A DNA stretch of 64,000 nucleotides from positions 41,914,001 through 41,978,000 of the forward strand of contig CM052818.1 of NCBI GenBank assembly GCA_028534125.1. The letters are read 5' to 3'. Shown piece after piece: positions 50,331 through 62,749 of this stretch. The stretch comes from Lama glama (Eukaryota). Under the pieces are notes generated by a model, which was given only the letters and a program-made list of their open reading frames with translations, was not told where the DNA came from and did no database searches. A program made the position numbers and the translations under genes. Positions within the stretch are counted from its first letter, which is position 1. Each line of letters begins with the position of its first letter.

Positions 50331-53300
50331 GAAAGGGGTCTGGGGGCCCCACCAGCCCACAGGGCCCCCTCGGGGCCTGGGCGGCTCCTCCAGGCCATGT
50401 TTCCCAGTGTGGGCTGCAGAGGCCTGCATCATATGCCCGCCCTGCCGAGGCCCAGGAATCACCACCAGTGACCTGAGTGATTTTGATGTAACTGAAAGTT
50501 TAAAATAACTCTTCTGGAGCTATTCCCACCCTCATCTCAGCAAAAAGCCTGTCAGAGGAGAGACTCGGGCTGCAAAGGGGGCGTGGCTTATCTGAGGTTC
50601 GCACAGACTGGTGGAAGGAAGTGGATGGACCCCCGGGTATCCTGCAGTGCAGGCCAGGGTGCTGGGATGAAGCCTCTGAGGGCCGAGCAGGGGGACAGGG
50701 GGAGCAGGCAGCCGTGGTCCAGCCTCGTCCGGAGCAGAAAGCAGCAGCTTCCTGGGGAACCCGCTCCCAGGGCCCGGGACTGACACAGCAGCACTGGTGA
50801 CAAACACAGGTCAGTGGCATCATACCCCATCCTGCCCCACCGACCCCAGGAGACCACCTACCAGGGAAGGGGGGCTCTGGTTTCTACGTGAGCCCCTTCT
50901 AGGAGCCCCTGGAGTTGTTTCAGGCCAGGAGGTCCTGTGTCTTTCCACTAACAAGAGTGAGGAGCAGGGGATGGTGGGGCCTCGGTTCCAAAGAACAAAT
51001 GGTCACGATCACATGCTCACAGCATGGAGTCACTGTCCCAAGCACCCTACCTGTATGAACTCACTTAGTCCTCCCAGCAGTCCAGGGAGAGGAGATCTAT
51101 TGTCACCTGCCTTTAACCAGCGAGAAAACACAGGCACAGAGAGGCCAAGAAACCGCTACTCAGCTGGTGAGTAACGCAGCCTCTAATCACGCCGCACAGG
51201 TAGGTCGTTTACATATATTTTTTCAGTATGCATTATCGCTCCATTTTATAGAGGAGGAGACTGAGGCTCAAATAATTAGCAATGTCTTGAGACAATTAAA
51301 AATGAAGGGTAAATATATACACAGATATTACGGGATGGGATGACACTCCACACTTGCAAGACGGAGCTGGGGTGAACACAGCGGATTCGAAGATCAGCAT
51401 ACAGTGTGGAGTGAAGGGCGAGGGGCTGGGTGCAAGGACAGGAGTAAGGCGTGAGATCCAGCTGGAGATCTAGGGCTCACCCGTGAGCCGCAGAGCCCCA
51501 GAGACATGTCGGAGCTGAGGGAGGGGGGAGTGGCAGAAGCGGGATGGGCGGGGCACGGGGCGGGAGCAGCCTTCCCTCTGCATCCCCAGCCCGCTGCACA
51601 TCCACACGTGACTCTTCCCCGGGAAAGTGGAGGCTGCTTCCTGCAGATTTAATTCAATGTCAGCTGCAAAGCTCTATTAAGTAAATTGGCCATCAACCCG
51701 CTTGTCTGTTCCACATAATGGGGTTTTGCACAAAACGAGTTTTTCACTGCGTTAAAAAGTGTCATGTTTGAATCAAAACTTATTCCAACGTTTGGGCTAA
51801 TGAAAGCCTCAAGTGAGAGTTGATCAATGGGTCCTGAGGTGTTTCCATGGAAACAGGAGGAGGGAGGCAGGTCTGATCCGAAGCCAAGTGCACCAAGGTG
51901 ATGCTCTGGGGTGCTCATTGGTTGGAGAGACCTGGAGCCAGGGCCAGTGGGGGGTGGGCACGGGGGACGGGGCTGGCACCGGCCTGGGAGCTGGAGCCTC
52001 TAGGTCTGAGTTTAGCACGCTTTCTGAGGCATATTGAAAGATGTATTTTTGCATTTTTTTCTGGGCCTTTGATGCTTCAGCAACAAGGCTCCCCAAAACC
52101 ACTCACGTACACTGGTCCAGCTGCTGCAGCCCTAAGCACAGCGGGGGCCAGGCTGCTGGAGCTGGGGTCCGGCCTTAAGATGGGTGATCACAGTGCACCT
52201 CAGGAGAAGCACTGCCCTTTCTGGCCATGAATTCTTTATCTCTAAAATAATGACTAAAACTGCTATATTTGGGGCTGGGAGATCTGAATTCCAGGCCCCC
52301 CTCTGCCTCTGACATGGGCAGATCACTTGACCTCTCTGAGGGTGGCTCCTCCCTCTGTAAACCCGGCAGTAGTGTCTCAGGCCCCTCTAGGAAGATGTCA
52401 TAGGGACAGGTATCTGACAGGCCGTGGGCCAGCCACACAGCCACACAGACAGCTAGATGTCAGGGTGACACCCACTGGGCTGGCAAAGAGAAGGCACCAT
52501 GTAGCCAGCTTCTACCTGAGGCCCCCGTTCCCTGCTGTAGACGGACTGAGGGGGAAGCCGCCAACTGACATGGCCCTTCTGTCCACAGGCCCAGCCCTGC
52601 TGGGCACGTACCTCGTCTCATGTTATCCTGAGATGGGGAACACCATTCTCACACCACCTGTAAAGTCACACCAGGGAGGCTGAGCGATTTCCCACAGTTC
52701 CACTACTGTTACTGGACGTGACTGGGACTAGACCGCCACTGTGATGTGAGGTGTTGGCCACAGCCCAGGACTCCTGCCTCTCCCTCCGCCCCTGATCCCT
52801 CGGCTCACCCAACCAAGGATTTTTGCCTGGGCATCTGTCCCTGAGCGCAAGCTTGGCCCGACGGACCCTGGAGACAGCCCTTCTTCTGAGCTGGCCTGTG
52901 CAGGCTGCTGCAAGGCTGGCCACTGGCCACCGGCCACACGTCCAGCCAATTTCCCCCCACTGCCATATGGCCGAGGGGTCTGTTTTGCTAGGGGATGGTG
53001 GGGCCAGTGAATAGCCCGTTCTGTGCCAGGGAGCAGGGCCCTGATTCAATTTAAACCTGCCTGTCCAGGGACCTGCCTCGGAGAATAAAGGCTGCTCTCT
53101 CTGGGAGACGCAGGCAGGCTGCGGCCAGAGACCCGGTAATCAGGTTTGCTGGGGCCGCCCTCAGCCTCGGCCCGGCAATGTGCCCCATTATCACCAGCCT
53201 CTGAGGGGTCAGTGCCGTGGCTCGCCTGCCCTGTGGCTTCACAAGGCTCCTCTTTCCCCCTTAATCGAATCAGGCTCCAGCCTGGCATTCCCCTGGCCTG

Positions 53301-53569
53301 AAGTCATCTCCGTGGGGAGGGGAGCTGGGGACGAGACACCAAGAGCTTGGAGCAGAGATGGCCAGGGCCAGGAAGGACCTAGGAGAGCGCTCGGAGCTCA
53401 CCCGCCACGGACCCGGGGAACAAGGCCAGAGAGGGGCGGGCCTGGCGGGGGGTGGGGGGGTGGCCTGCAGAGCGGGGAGCAGAAGGCACGGGACCCCTGG
53501 ACCCTCAGGGACAAGGAATTCTTTCCCCACTTCTGCTACCAAAAGTCTCAAGGTTAAAGCGCCAATGAG

Positions 53570-53907
53570 CTGGTCACTCTTATCCACACCCTCGATGGCC
53601 CTCAACACACAGGTGGACCTCGACAAAATAAACACGATGAATCTCAAGAAAATAAGGAGCAAGAAAGCAGACTCAAAAGAGAACATGCCACGCGGTCCCA
53701 CTCGCACAAGGATCAGGAGAGAGAACACACACCGGTTCTGGAAGTCTGGCGTGGGCGGCGGTGACCGAGAGAGAGCAGATGGGGCCTGCTGGGCGCCGGG
53801 AGGTCGCCTCTCGAGCTGCTGACACAAGCGTGCTCACACGTGAAAGTCAGTGCAGCCAGGCTCGGGGTTTGTCTATCTTTCTGAGTGTCTGATAGTCTAA
53901 TAAAAAG
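53570..53907 (+). mobile_element. Ancient LINE-1 (L1ME-like) 3' end, strongly GC-shifted
   Basis: Colinear landmarks gatgaatctcaa...aagcagactcaaaagag...gaagtc...ggggcctgctggg...gtgaaagtca...aataaaaag follow the remembered L1ME/MD 3' end consensus. Confidence 0.62.
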
Positions 53908-54399
53908 GCTTGAAAAGCTGCAAGCTATGAGAGACAGTCATCTTTTCACAGAAACATTTACTGAAAGCTTCCCCTGCTCAGGCCCGTCGCTGGGGGCCGA
54001 GAGGAAAGAGACGGTCCTTAACCAGAAGGAGCTCGGGTCCCGAGACGGTCAGCAGCTGGACAGCACAGTGGACTCAGCGCTCTGATGGAGACCCCAGCCT
54101 GTGAGGGTGGGGGGCTCCGGGGGACAGTGTGGTCTGGGTCCCCATAGGGAGCAGCACATCCCAGCCCCAGAAGTACAGCCACGCAGGGTGCCCTGGGGAA
54201 ACAGGCCTGCTGGACTTGCATGGCGGTGACCTCGTCTGCGCTGGGAACTCTGGGCAGGGGGCTGGACAGTAAGCGTGGGTCACAGGGACCAGTATTGCCT
54301 AAACCTGGGTGTGTGCTGGGCTCTGGAACTTGGGATCAGAATCTCTGAGGATGTTAGAACAGAAGCAAAAGCCTCCCCAGGAAAACCCCTGATGAAGTT

Positions 54400-54830
54400 T
54401 GAGCAGGAGAGGCATTCGATGAAGACAAGCTTTTTGACAAGATGGTCTAAGCCCTGTTTCAGTTAGGGGAGTGTGGGAGCCCTTGTCCAGGTGAGAGGTT
54501 CTGGTGGCCTGACACAGCGCTGGCTGGGATGGAGACAAGTGTGAGGTTCTAAAGACACAATGACAGAACATTTGAGGGACTTTATGACCAGCAGGAAGGT
54601 GGCAAGGATAATGCCCAGAGTTGGGCATCTGGGGAGATGAGGGTACCATCCACTGAGACGGGGATCCTAGGGGAGCAGATGTGAGAGGATGATGTTGGAC
54701 TTGGAGATCCTTTGGAAGGAACAACAATGATGCTGGGCAGCAGGATGTATAACACAGCAATTTGGAGACAGTGGCTTGGGAGTCGCTCGAGTTTAGATGG
54801 TAGATAATGCCTCCCAGGTGACAACACCTG
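54400..54830 (-). mobile_element. L2 LINE fragment
   Basis: gtccaggtgagagg...ggatggagacaagtg...gagggtaccatccactgagacgggga...gtggcttgggagtc. Confidence 0.72.
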
Positions 54831-55579
54831 CTAGGGAGAGTGTGTGGTCCGTGACATATGCAAACCCCCCCAGAACACGTGGGTTCAGGTTAGAACTTAA
54901 AGTACCTGTCGGGAGAGTGATCCTGCAGCCCTGTGAGGGTTACTTATCTCACAGGAAGAGAAAAGTTTAAATAACTCAGAAAAGTTACTGGCATCAAATC
55001 CATGGCAATCTTCATCATCACCCTGCTCTTCGATAAAGACTCAACCACAGGGGCACCTCCCTTTATTATCTGTCCACCTGATGAAGGCATTTCTTGGCTC
55101 TTTCAGGCAGATGTGGTCTTTGATCACCACCCAAGAAATCTTGGAACTGTCCGAGGTTTTCTTTCTCAGAAAGGAGCTTGAAACTGGAGGCAAATCTGTC
55201 TGCTGGGGCTCATTACCACCTTTAGTACCAGTTTCAGCTCACAGTCTATTCCGCTCGACTTCATTGAGATTGGAAATCTGTTAGCACTGATTCACCTCGG
55301 TCCCCCAACCTCAAATATGCATCTGAGATGGATAGAAAAATGCCACATGCTATGGCTGCCACTCTGGGTCGGGGGGACCATGGAATCCCAGGAGTTTTGA
55401 CACCATCTAGTCCATCATCTGTCCCACCTGGGGAATCTGAAGCCCAGAGACAAAGTTTCTTTCTCAAGATCAGAGAGCAGAAGCTAAAAGGATTCTGTCT
55501 CCAAGCTCAGAAGGCCATCCATCCTGACATTGAGAGATGTAAATGCAACCAGCATCAAAATCCAGAGTTCACCAGCTAA

Positions 55580-55922
55580 TGCCTCAGTCCATTCAGGCCA
55601 CTGTAACAAAATACACCAGGGACTGGTCAACTTACAAACAACAGAAGTCTGTTTCTCACAGTTCTGGAATCTGGAAGTCCGAGATCAGGGTGCCAGCCCG
55701 AGGGCTCTGTCCCGGGTCACAGACTCCTCACTGTGTGCTGACACGGTGGAAGGGGCTAGGGAGCCTTCTCGGCCGCTTTATAAGGGCACTAATCCCATCC
55801 ATGGGTCTCTGCCCTCATGACCCAGGCACCTCCCAAAGGCCCCACCTCCAAATACCATCACCTCGGGTGTCAGGTTTCAACACACGACGTTTGGTGGGGA
55901 CACAAATATCCAGGCCGTGGCA
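55580..55922 (-). mobile_element. MaLR solo LTR (MLT1A-like)
   Basis: tgcctcagtccattcaggccactgtaacaaaatacacc...tataagggcactaatcccat...ggacacaaatatccaggccgtggca. CTAA flanks both sides. Confidence 0.88.
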
Positions 55923-56624
55923 CTAAAAAATATCCTTACACGATTAGGGGTACATCTTCCTTTCCTAATCCATGAGTTTATTAGTGTTTATTAGGGATGC
56001 AGCACATTGAAATGATTCTAAAACTGAAAAGGGCCACGGTCCTGGTAGCCAACAGCCAGCGTACCGTTGTGGCAGGACCTTGAGCTGGTCTCAGCAGCTG
56101 AGGCCACGGCGGGCGGAGGATGGGGCACAGCCAGCTTGTTTCGGGGCAGTGAGACCAGGTGGAAGTGACCACAAGATGGGAAGGAGGTTAGAGCTGTCAC
56201 CTGGAATTACTCTGCACTGCTATTCTCGGAGTCCCTTTGTGTTGAGGAGGGGTCCCTGTGTAACGGATGCTGCTGGTCCCCCTCCGGTTCAACCTCAGGT
56301 GGAGACAGACACTTCTCGGCAGGCAAAGTCCTCCAGCCCTCCCTTCTTAGCCTTGTCCACTACACCCAGCTGTACTGGACTGTGTCGAGCCTGGCAGGTA
56401 TAGCCAGGAATCCCTTCTGCCCATCTTCACAGCTGTCCCAAAATGCCCTTCTTTCTCCAAAACTGCCTAATGAAATCCACGTATCCTTCCAGACCCAGCT
56501 GCATTCCACTCCCTCCAAGAAATCCCTCCAGATCCATCCCATCAGCGTGCATCTCTCTGCAGCCCAGGCTCCCGCAAGACGTGTAGCAGAAATCTGCCCT
56601 GTGCCAAGGTTTAAAACAAAAAAA

Positions 56625-57190
56625 AAATTGCTGTAAATACATGTCACATAAGTTTTACCATTTAAACATTTTTAAGTGTAAATTTAGTAACATTAAGTAC
56701 AGTCACAATGTGGGCAACCATCACTCCTATGCGTCTCCAGGAATTTTTCAGCATTCCAAACTGAAATTGTGTACCCATTAAATAAATAACTCCTGCTCCC
56801 CATCCCGCCCCAGCCCCTGGTAACCTTCACTCTACTTTCTGTCTCTGGGAATTTACCTACTCTTGGTACCACAAGTAAGTCGAATCGCACAATGTTTGTC
56901 CTTTCGTGGCTGGCTTATTTTCCTTAGCATAGTATCTTCAAGGTTCATGGGTATTGTAGCAAGGGTCTGAATTTCATCTCTTTTATGGCTGAATAATACT
57001 CCGTTGTATGTATGCTCCACATTGCGTTTATTCGTCTGTCGATGACATTTGTGTTGTTTGCAGTTTCGGCTGCTGTGAACGTGGGTGTGCAAGTCTCTAA
57101 GTCCTCGCATCCAATTCTTTCGAGTATCTACCTAGACGTGGAATTGCTGGGTCATGCGATAATCCGACGTTTAACTACTTGAGGAGGCGT
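56625..57190 (-). mobile_element. LINE-1 3' UTR (L1MB-like)
   Basis: ttttaccatttaaacatttttaagtgta...cagcccctggtaacc...tggctggcttattt...ggaattgctgggtcat. Confidence 0.87.
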
Positions 57191-58271
57191 TTCGGGACTT
57201 TTGAGTGCCCACCTGTGCACTGACCCAGAGCCTGTGCTGCGTTCCCTTGGTTCCTAGCAAACTCTAAAGGGGTCTTTGGGGCCAGACAACCCCAGGTTCA
57301 AATCCCAGCTCTGCTTCCCAACCACTGAGCCCCCATTTTCTTATTTTCGAAGCAGACAATAGCACTTACCTTGCGGGGCTACTGTAGATGTAAAATGTTC
57401 CCATAACAGGAGACGCCTGGCTCTCTGCAGGTGTTCTGTAAATATCTGTCTTGCCTCCCTGCACCCATTTCTGTTCCCTCATCTGTAAAAAAGCATCTTA
57501 TGTATCAAGTGCCTCATAAGCCCCAAATGCTTTCAGGACGGCTGGGTGGAAGTGTTCAGAGGCAACTTTCTTTAGAAAACATGCCCCGCACCCCCCCTTT
57601 TTAAAAGAAGCCCATGATTCCTCCACATGCTTCCCCATCTGTTCCCCCAAATGTGATCATTAGGAAATGATGCTGTCACTTTCCAACGTGAGAAATCTGC
57701 CCCTCCCAGCCCATCTCTGAGCGACGTGGCAGACGGGTAAGCAGAGAGCTCTTAATGCGCACACTCGGCCCCAGTCCCCCTCGGTTTTGAGATGGTTCCA
57801 AAACCAGGTCAGTCTCCCCTAAGAGGCCACCCAAGGTGTGGAGATAAAATGCCGATCTCAGGAGATGTGAGTGAAGGGGACTTAGGGACCACCTTGGGGA
57901 CCCTCACCTTTTACGGTTCTCCCTTCAGGAGTCTTCACCAATGTCTAGGGCAGTGAGATGCCCTGGCTGCATATAAGGTTTGTCAACGAGGCCCAAGGAC
58001 ATCAGTGGACTTCTGAATACAGCAAGTTAGCGGGAGAGGCAAGACACACATCCCAGCCTCCTCCACCCCACTGCTGAGGCGTGGGGCGTGGCCTCCAGCC
58101 CCCCGAGGAGACCGAGAGGACTTGTCTAGACGGCACAAGGGAGCGCACGCATCTGGAACTTCGGGCTGTCTGCTAATTGTCCTCAAGACTCTCGTGTCAA
58201 CCAGTTCTGCCTCCCGTTACCCTCGTGGAGTTTTCACATTCTGGCTTCTAAGGCTTTTTACGTGAAGTCCC

Positions 58272-58530
58272 TTGTCTTAGCTGGAGTTTTCTCCAAAGCA
58301 GAGCCTGAGACAAGGATTTGGGTGCAGGTTGCTCATTCGAGAACTGATCCTGGAAAGCTGGAGTGAAGAAGAGACGGGGTTGGGGGAAAGTCAGGAAGGG
58401 GTGTTTTGTGGAGCTGCTTTTCACACTGGCAACTGTGGCCCAGTCCCACCAGGAACCCCGTAAATCATGGTGTAAACTTGTTCTTCCAGAGGATGGAAGA
58501 CAGAAGCACACACTCCTGTCCCCCACTGGT
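58272..58530 (-). mobile_element. LTR33-like ERVL LTR fragment
   Basis: tgtcttagctggagttttctccaaagcagagcctgagacaaggatttgggtgcagg. Confidence 0.7.
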
Positions 58531-58537
58531 TAAGAAC

Positions 58538-58810
58538 TGTATTCGTTACTTACTGCTGAGTAGCAATTTGGTGGCCCAGAATTTACGGGCTTCAAACAAC
58601 ATATACTTACTGTCTTGCAGTTTCTCCAGGTGTGGAATCTAGGAGGGGCTTAGCTGGCTGGTTCGGCTCTAGGTCTCTCATGACGCCACAGTCAGGATGT
58701 TGGCCGGGGCTGCAGTCTCCGAAGGCTTACCTGGGGCCGAAGGCTCCAGTCCCAAGATGGCTCACTCCCACGGCTGTCGGCAGGAGGCCTCAGTTCCACC
58801 ACGGCCCCGC
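58538..58810 (-). mobile_element. MaLR LTR fragment (MLT1F-like)
   Basis: tgtattcgttacttactgctgagtagcaa...ggcttagctggctggttc...ccaagatggctcactc. Confidence 0.72.
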
Positions 58811-61519
58811 AATTCGTGCTAGAACTGGATCACCACTTTTTTTAAGTGAAAATTCTCACCATAGAGCCTGACAAGCTTTCTGATGGTTGAAGAAAATGTA
58901 CGTACGTATGCATTTATCATTTACACGCTGCCACTGGCCGCAAAGCAATTTATTGAATTGTTTTAAGAGGAAGTGATTTAAATAAAAAAAGTTAAGCACT
59001 ACAATCAGACAACATTGTTAAGAAACCCAAAAAGAAAAAAAAGGAATTCTAGTTTTAAAAAATAATGGAAGAAATACATATTTATACAGACACAGACGCA
59101 CGTAAGACACATGAGTGAAGATAAACCTAATTCTGAATCTTTTAGCAAATTTCCTAAAAGTTCCAGTTTGATGGAGTCTGGATTTAAAATGCTTTATGAA
59201 ATACTTAAAAAAAAAAAAAAACCTATGAGAATGACTGACGCGAATTCAATGGAGTAACCAGGGGAAAAATCATCCTTCAGTCCTTTCACTAGGGACTGAC
59301 CTCCTCTGGGTGATTGGTCTTTCTTTTTGCTCCTGCCTCATATTTGTCCCCAACAGCTTGTCCCAGGAGAAGTCAAATCCACCATTAATAACCCACAATG
59401 GACCAGTTCGGTTCAGCTGCAAAGCTGGAACAACTCCGTTGAAATGTTAAATATTGCCGTTCAGCTTAGGAAATGAATTAGACCAGAAAGCCTTGTTTTA
59501 CGTAATCAAGCATATTTACCATCATTAGTGGCCATTAAGATAAAGCGTTAATGACTCTGTTTACCTTGGTGGAAAAACAGGCAGGGGGCGTGTGCTGGAG
59601 GCAGGAGAGAAGCCTGACGTGGGGCTTTGCCTGGATGAAGTCTCTGGGGCAGGGAGGATGCGCTCTTTCTCCCCTCCTAGAACATCAGAAGATGAAAGTA
59701 CCCTTAGGGGGTCCACATTTTACAGGTGGGGAAACCAAGGCTGATAGCGTAGAAGGGGCTGAGCTGCCCACGGCCCCTGCTCTGAAACTCTGCCCAATTT
59801 GTTCAGCTGCCTCGCTAGCATAAAGGGTTGTTGCCGACGGAGAGGATGGAGAAGCAGGAGGCGCTACATACAGCCACACCGGTGTGCCAGGTACCTACTT
59901 AATTATGCATGCACGTTGCATAATTGACTATCCTAACCCTAACAAACACAACCTTTCTGGAGAGAGCTCGTTAGCTCCATTTTGCAGATGAGAAAACTGA
60001 GGCTGGGGCAAGTAAAATCAGCTGCACAAGGTAACACAGCCCTTGGCTCCCCCTCCAAATCTCCAGTTTGGTCCATTTCAACCTACAGCCTCACAGGTCA
60101 TCTGGTTCAACCGATTGCCCCCCCAACCCCTTATGCCTACACCAGCAGGCTCCCCCTAAGCCTCTGGAGGAGATCTGGAGTGGGAAGACAGGGATCAAAG
60201 AGTGCTTTGGGCCTGATGGGGCTTGCCTGCTCCTCCTTGGACTGCCTGCAGCTGTGGGACAAGTCCCACCAAAGTGGCTTCCCCCTGTGGCTTCCCGGCT
60301 GAGAAAAGAGCAGGGCTGTGGCATTCCTGAGCTCAGGAATGGGAGGCGGCAAGGAGATAATTAGGGGTAGAGAGCAATAGGGAATTGAAGCAATTACCCA
60401 GCTAATTGAGACCCAGTGGCCCACTTTCCCTGAACATCTGGGTGCCAGGCTCAGGAGGCTGACGGCCCAAACCTTCAGGTAATGGTAGCTGAACAGTCCC
60501 AGGAAGTGGGGGGGCCCTAGGAACCCGAAATTCTTGCTTGAGGCTGTGTCCCAGCCTTGTCTTCTGTGAGGTCAAGGCAGGTTGCGTGTGAAGTTGCTGC
60601 CCATGAAATTCACCCATACAGAGCTTGCTTTCCTCCTTAGCACATCGGATTAAATCATTTCCAGTCCCTGGTGTCATCCTGCTGGTCCATCCCAGTGGCC
60701 CCATCTGACACACAGAGAAATTGAGACTTAACAGGAGTGAGTTGCTCAGAGTCACATCCCCAGACCGGAATTAACTGGAAAAGCCTGTGTCTTCCCATCT
60801 CTGGCTCCATTATCTTCCGCCTGCACCGCCCAGCTCTTGCCGGGAGCAAGAGTTTGGACACGTGTCTTCCATTCCTCCTTCCCACCTCCAGCCCCCCACC
60901 CATGGAGACCAGCCTATTCGCCATCCCCGGAACGAATGTTGAGGTCACCACTTCAGGAGCTGGAATTCTCACTGCCGAAGGCCCAGCTTTTGTATTTGCT
61001 GTGTACACAAAGGCAGCCCGAGTTAGCGCACGTGTTCCAGTGACTTCCACCCCCAGCCCCTCTCCTGGGACCCACGGGGAACTCTGCTAAGATAATTATC
61101 TCCAACTGGGGTTTTGTTCGGTCCTCTGGTAAGACAAGCTCCCGTTTAGAATAATAAGGCTCTGCTATTGAAGGCTCGCTGGGAAATATTTTTCAAACAA
61201 GCAATTCACGTATGTGTTTCACATATGCCGCTCATTAAGGTTTATAAGACCTTTTGGTCTTCACAATAAAGCTTGTTTTGGGGAAGGTTAAAGTCAGCAA
61301 GCCCCGGTGACTGCCAGCACCTTGTTTCCTTCTTCAGAGGGGACAGAAATCCTGGGAAGTGTTGAAAGGGAATCAAAGGAGCAGAGGAAGAAATGATGAC
61401 CCCGAGAAGTCTCTGTCCCCCAGGAACAGGAGCAGGACCTGGAGGGGAGCCCTCCTGCCTGAACCCCACATGTGCACAGGCCTTGATGATTTGGGAAACA
61501 AGGCCACATCTTTATCTCA

Positions 61520-61695
61520 GTGACTCACAACCTGACAGCACACTGGATCCACTGGGGACATTTGAGAAACACGCCTGCCTGGGTCCCAGCCCCCTAAATC
61601 CTGATTGGGTTGATCAGAGGTGGGTCCCAGGATGGGGTCATTTTTAAGGCTCCTTGGCCGAGTGTAGTGGGCAGCCAAGGTCAAGACCATCAATT
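61520..61695. mobile_element. MER5-like hAT-Charlie MITE
   Basis: cagtgactcacaacctgacagcacactggatccactgggga...gcagccaaggtcaagacca. Confidence 0.7.
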
Positions 61696-62358
61696 AATTC
61701 ATAGGCCCTTAAAGCTGCCTTGCAGGTAGGCGGGCCAAGAATCATCCGCCCCATCCTAGACACAAGGCGAGCAAGGCCCAGGAAGCAGGTGCGGCAGGCC
61801 TGGAAGTGGCGGCATCGGGACTTGACCCTGGTTCTCCGGACAGCTTTTCCCAAGCTCTCCTCCTTGCCGCCTGTGCGAGAGCGATAGTGAAAGCTCACCA
61901 CATACTGAGACCCAGAACTCTGCGCGTGTTCTCATTCAATCCTAACACACCCCCGAAGTCGGCATTAGGACAGCCCAGAGAGGGTGAATGACGTGCTTCA
62001 TGTCACACCAAATACAGGACCTGACTTCAAAAGTCCTGCAGGAGCCAGGTACCTTGGGCCATAGGAATTTAGCCATTCGGCTCCCATCTCTGAGAACCTC
62101 TCGCTCCTGTGTTTAAAGAGTCCTTGAGGTCCTTTAAGGCCCTTATGCAGAAAGAGGAAGCAAGCATCCATTTATAGGCCACCCACTCTGTGTCACACAC
62201 CATGCTGGCTGTTTTATCTACATTTAAAAATTTTAATAGATAAGGTTGCCCTCCCATTTCAAAGGAGAGAGAGATCTCGAGACCCAGCACCGCTTTGAGA
62301 CTTGCTCCAGGTCACAGAGCATGGAAGAGTCCGGTTAAAGCCCCACAGCCCGCCGGCT

Positions 62359-62400
62359 CCCGCCACCCCATGTCGCCCCCGCCACCCCACGTCGCCCCCG
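62359..62400. repeat. GC-rich 19-bp tandem repeat, about 2.2 copies
   Basis: CCCGCCACCCCA[T/C]GTCGCC at 62359-62377 and 62378-62396. Confidence 0.9.
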
Positions 62401-62749
62401 CGCGCATGTCAAGTTGGCAGGTGTGACCTGCCCAGACACGGAGAAGAGTTTCAGGCAAATTTGAAAACCGCAAAGATGGTTTAAAAGAGGGGAGAACTGT
62501 TTTACTGTGGCCTTGGCTGGATTTCCTTGTTTTTGAAGTGGCCGTTCATTTGGTACCAGGGCATTTTAATCAATTAGGTTGAAGCTCGCAATTTACGAAC
62601 GCACCAAAAGCCGGCATTTGCTTTTGTTATTAATTAAGAAGATCATTCTTTTTAAGTGTTCTTTGATCCGACCATTTTTTGGCCTCCTAGTTTCTTGTAA
62701 ACATGGCCACGGGGGTAGGTGAATGTAGAAACCCGTCACAGCGGGAGAG

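Noticed and set aside
53358..53822. Thymosin-beta/WH2-like or ribosomal-protein-like gene (DLDKINTMNLKKIRSKK)
   Set aside because: Motif spacing does not fit WH2. The Lys-rich stretch is better explained as translated A-rich L1 3' UTR sequence.
51660..59426. Shared 14-mer TCAGCTGCAAAGCT at 51660 and 59413
   Set aside because: Several exact 14-mer matches are expected by chance in 64 kb, and the similarity does not extend.
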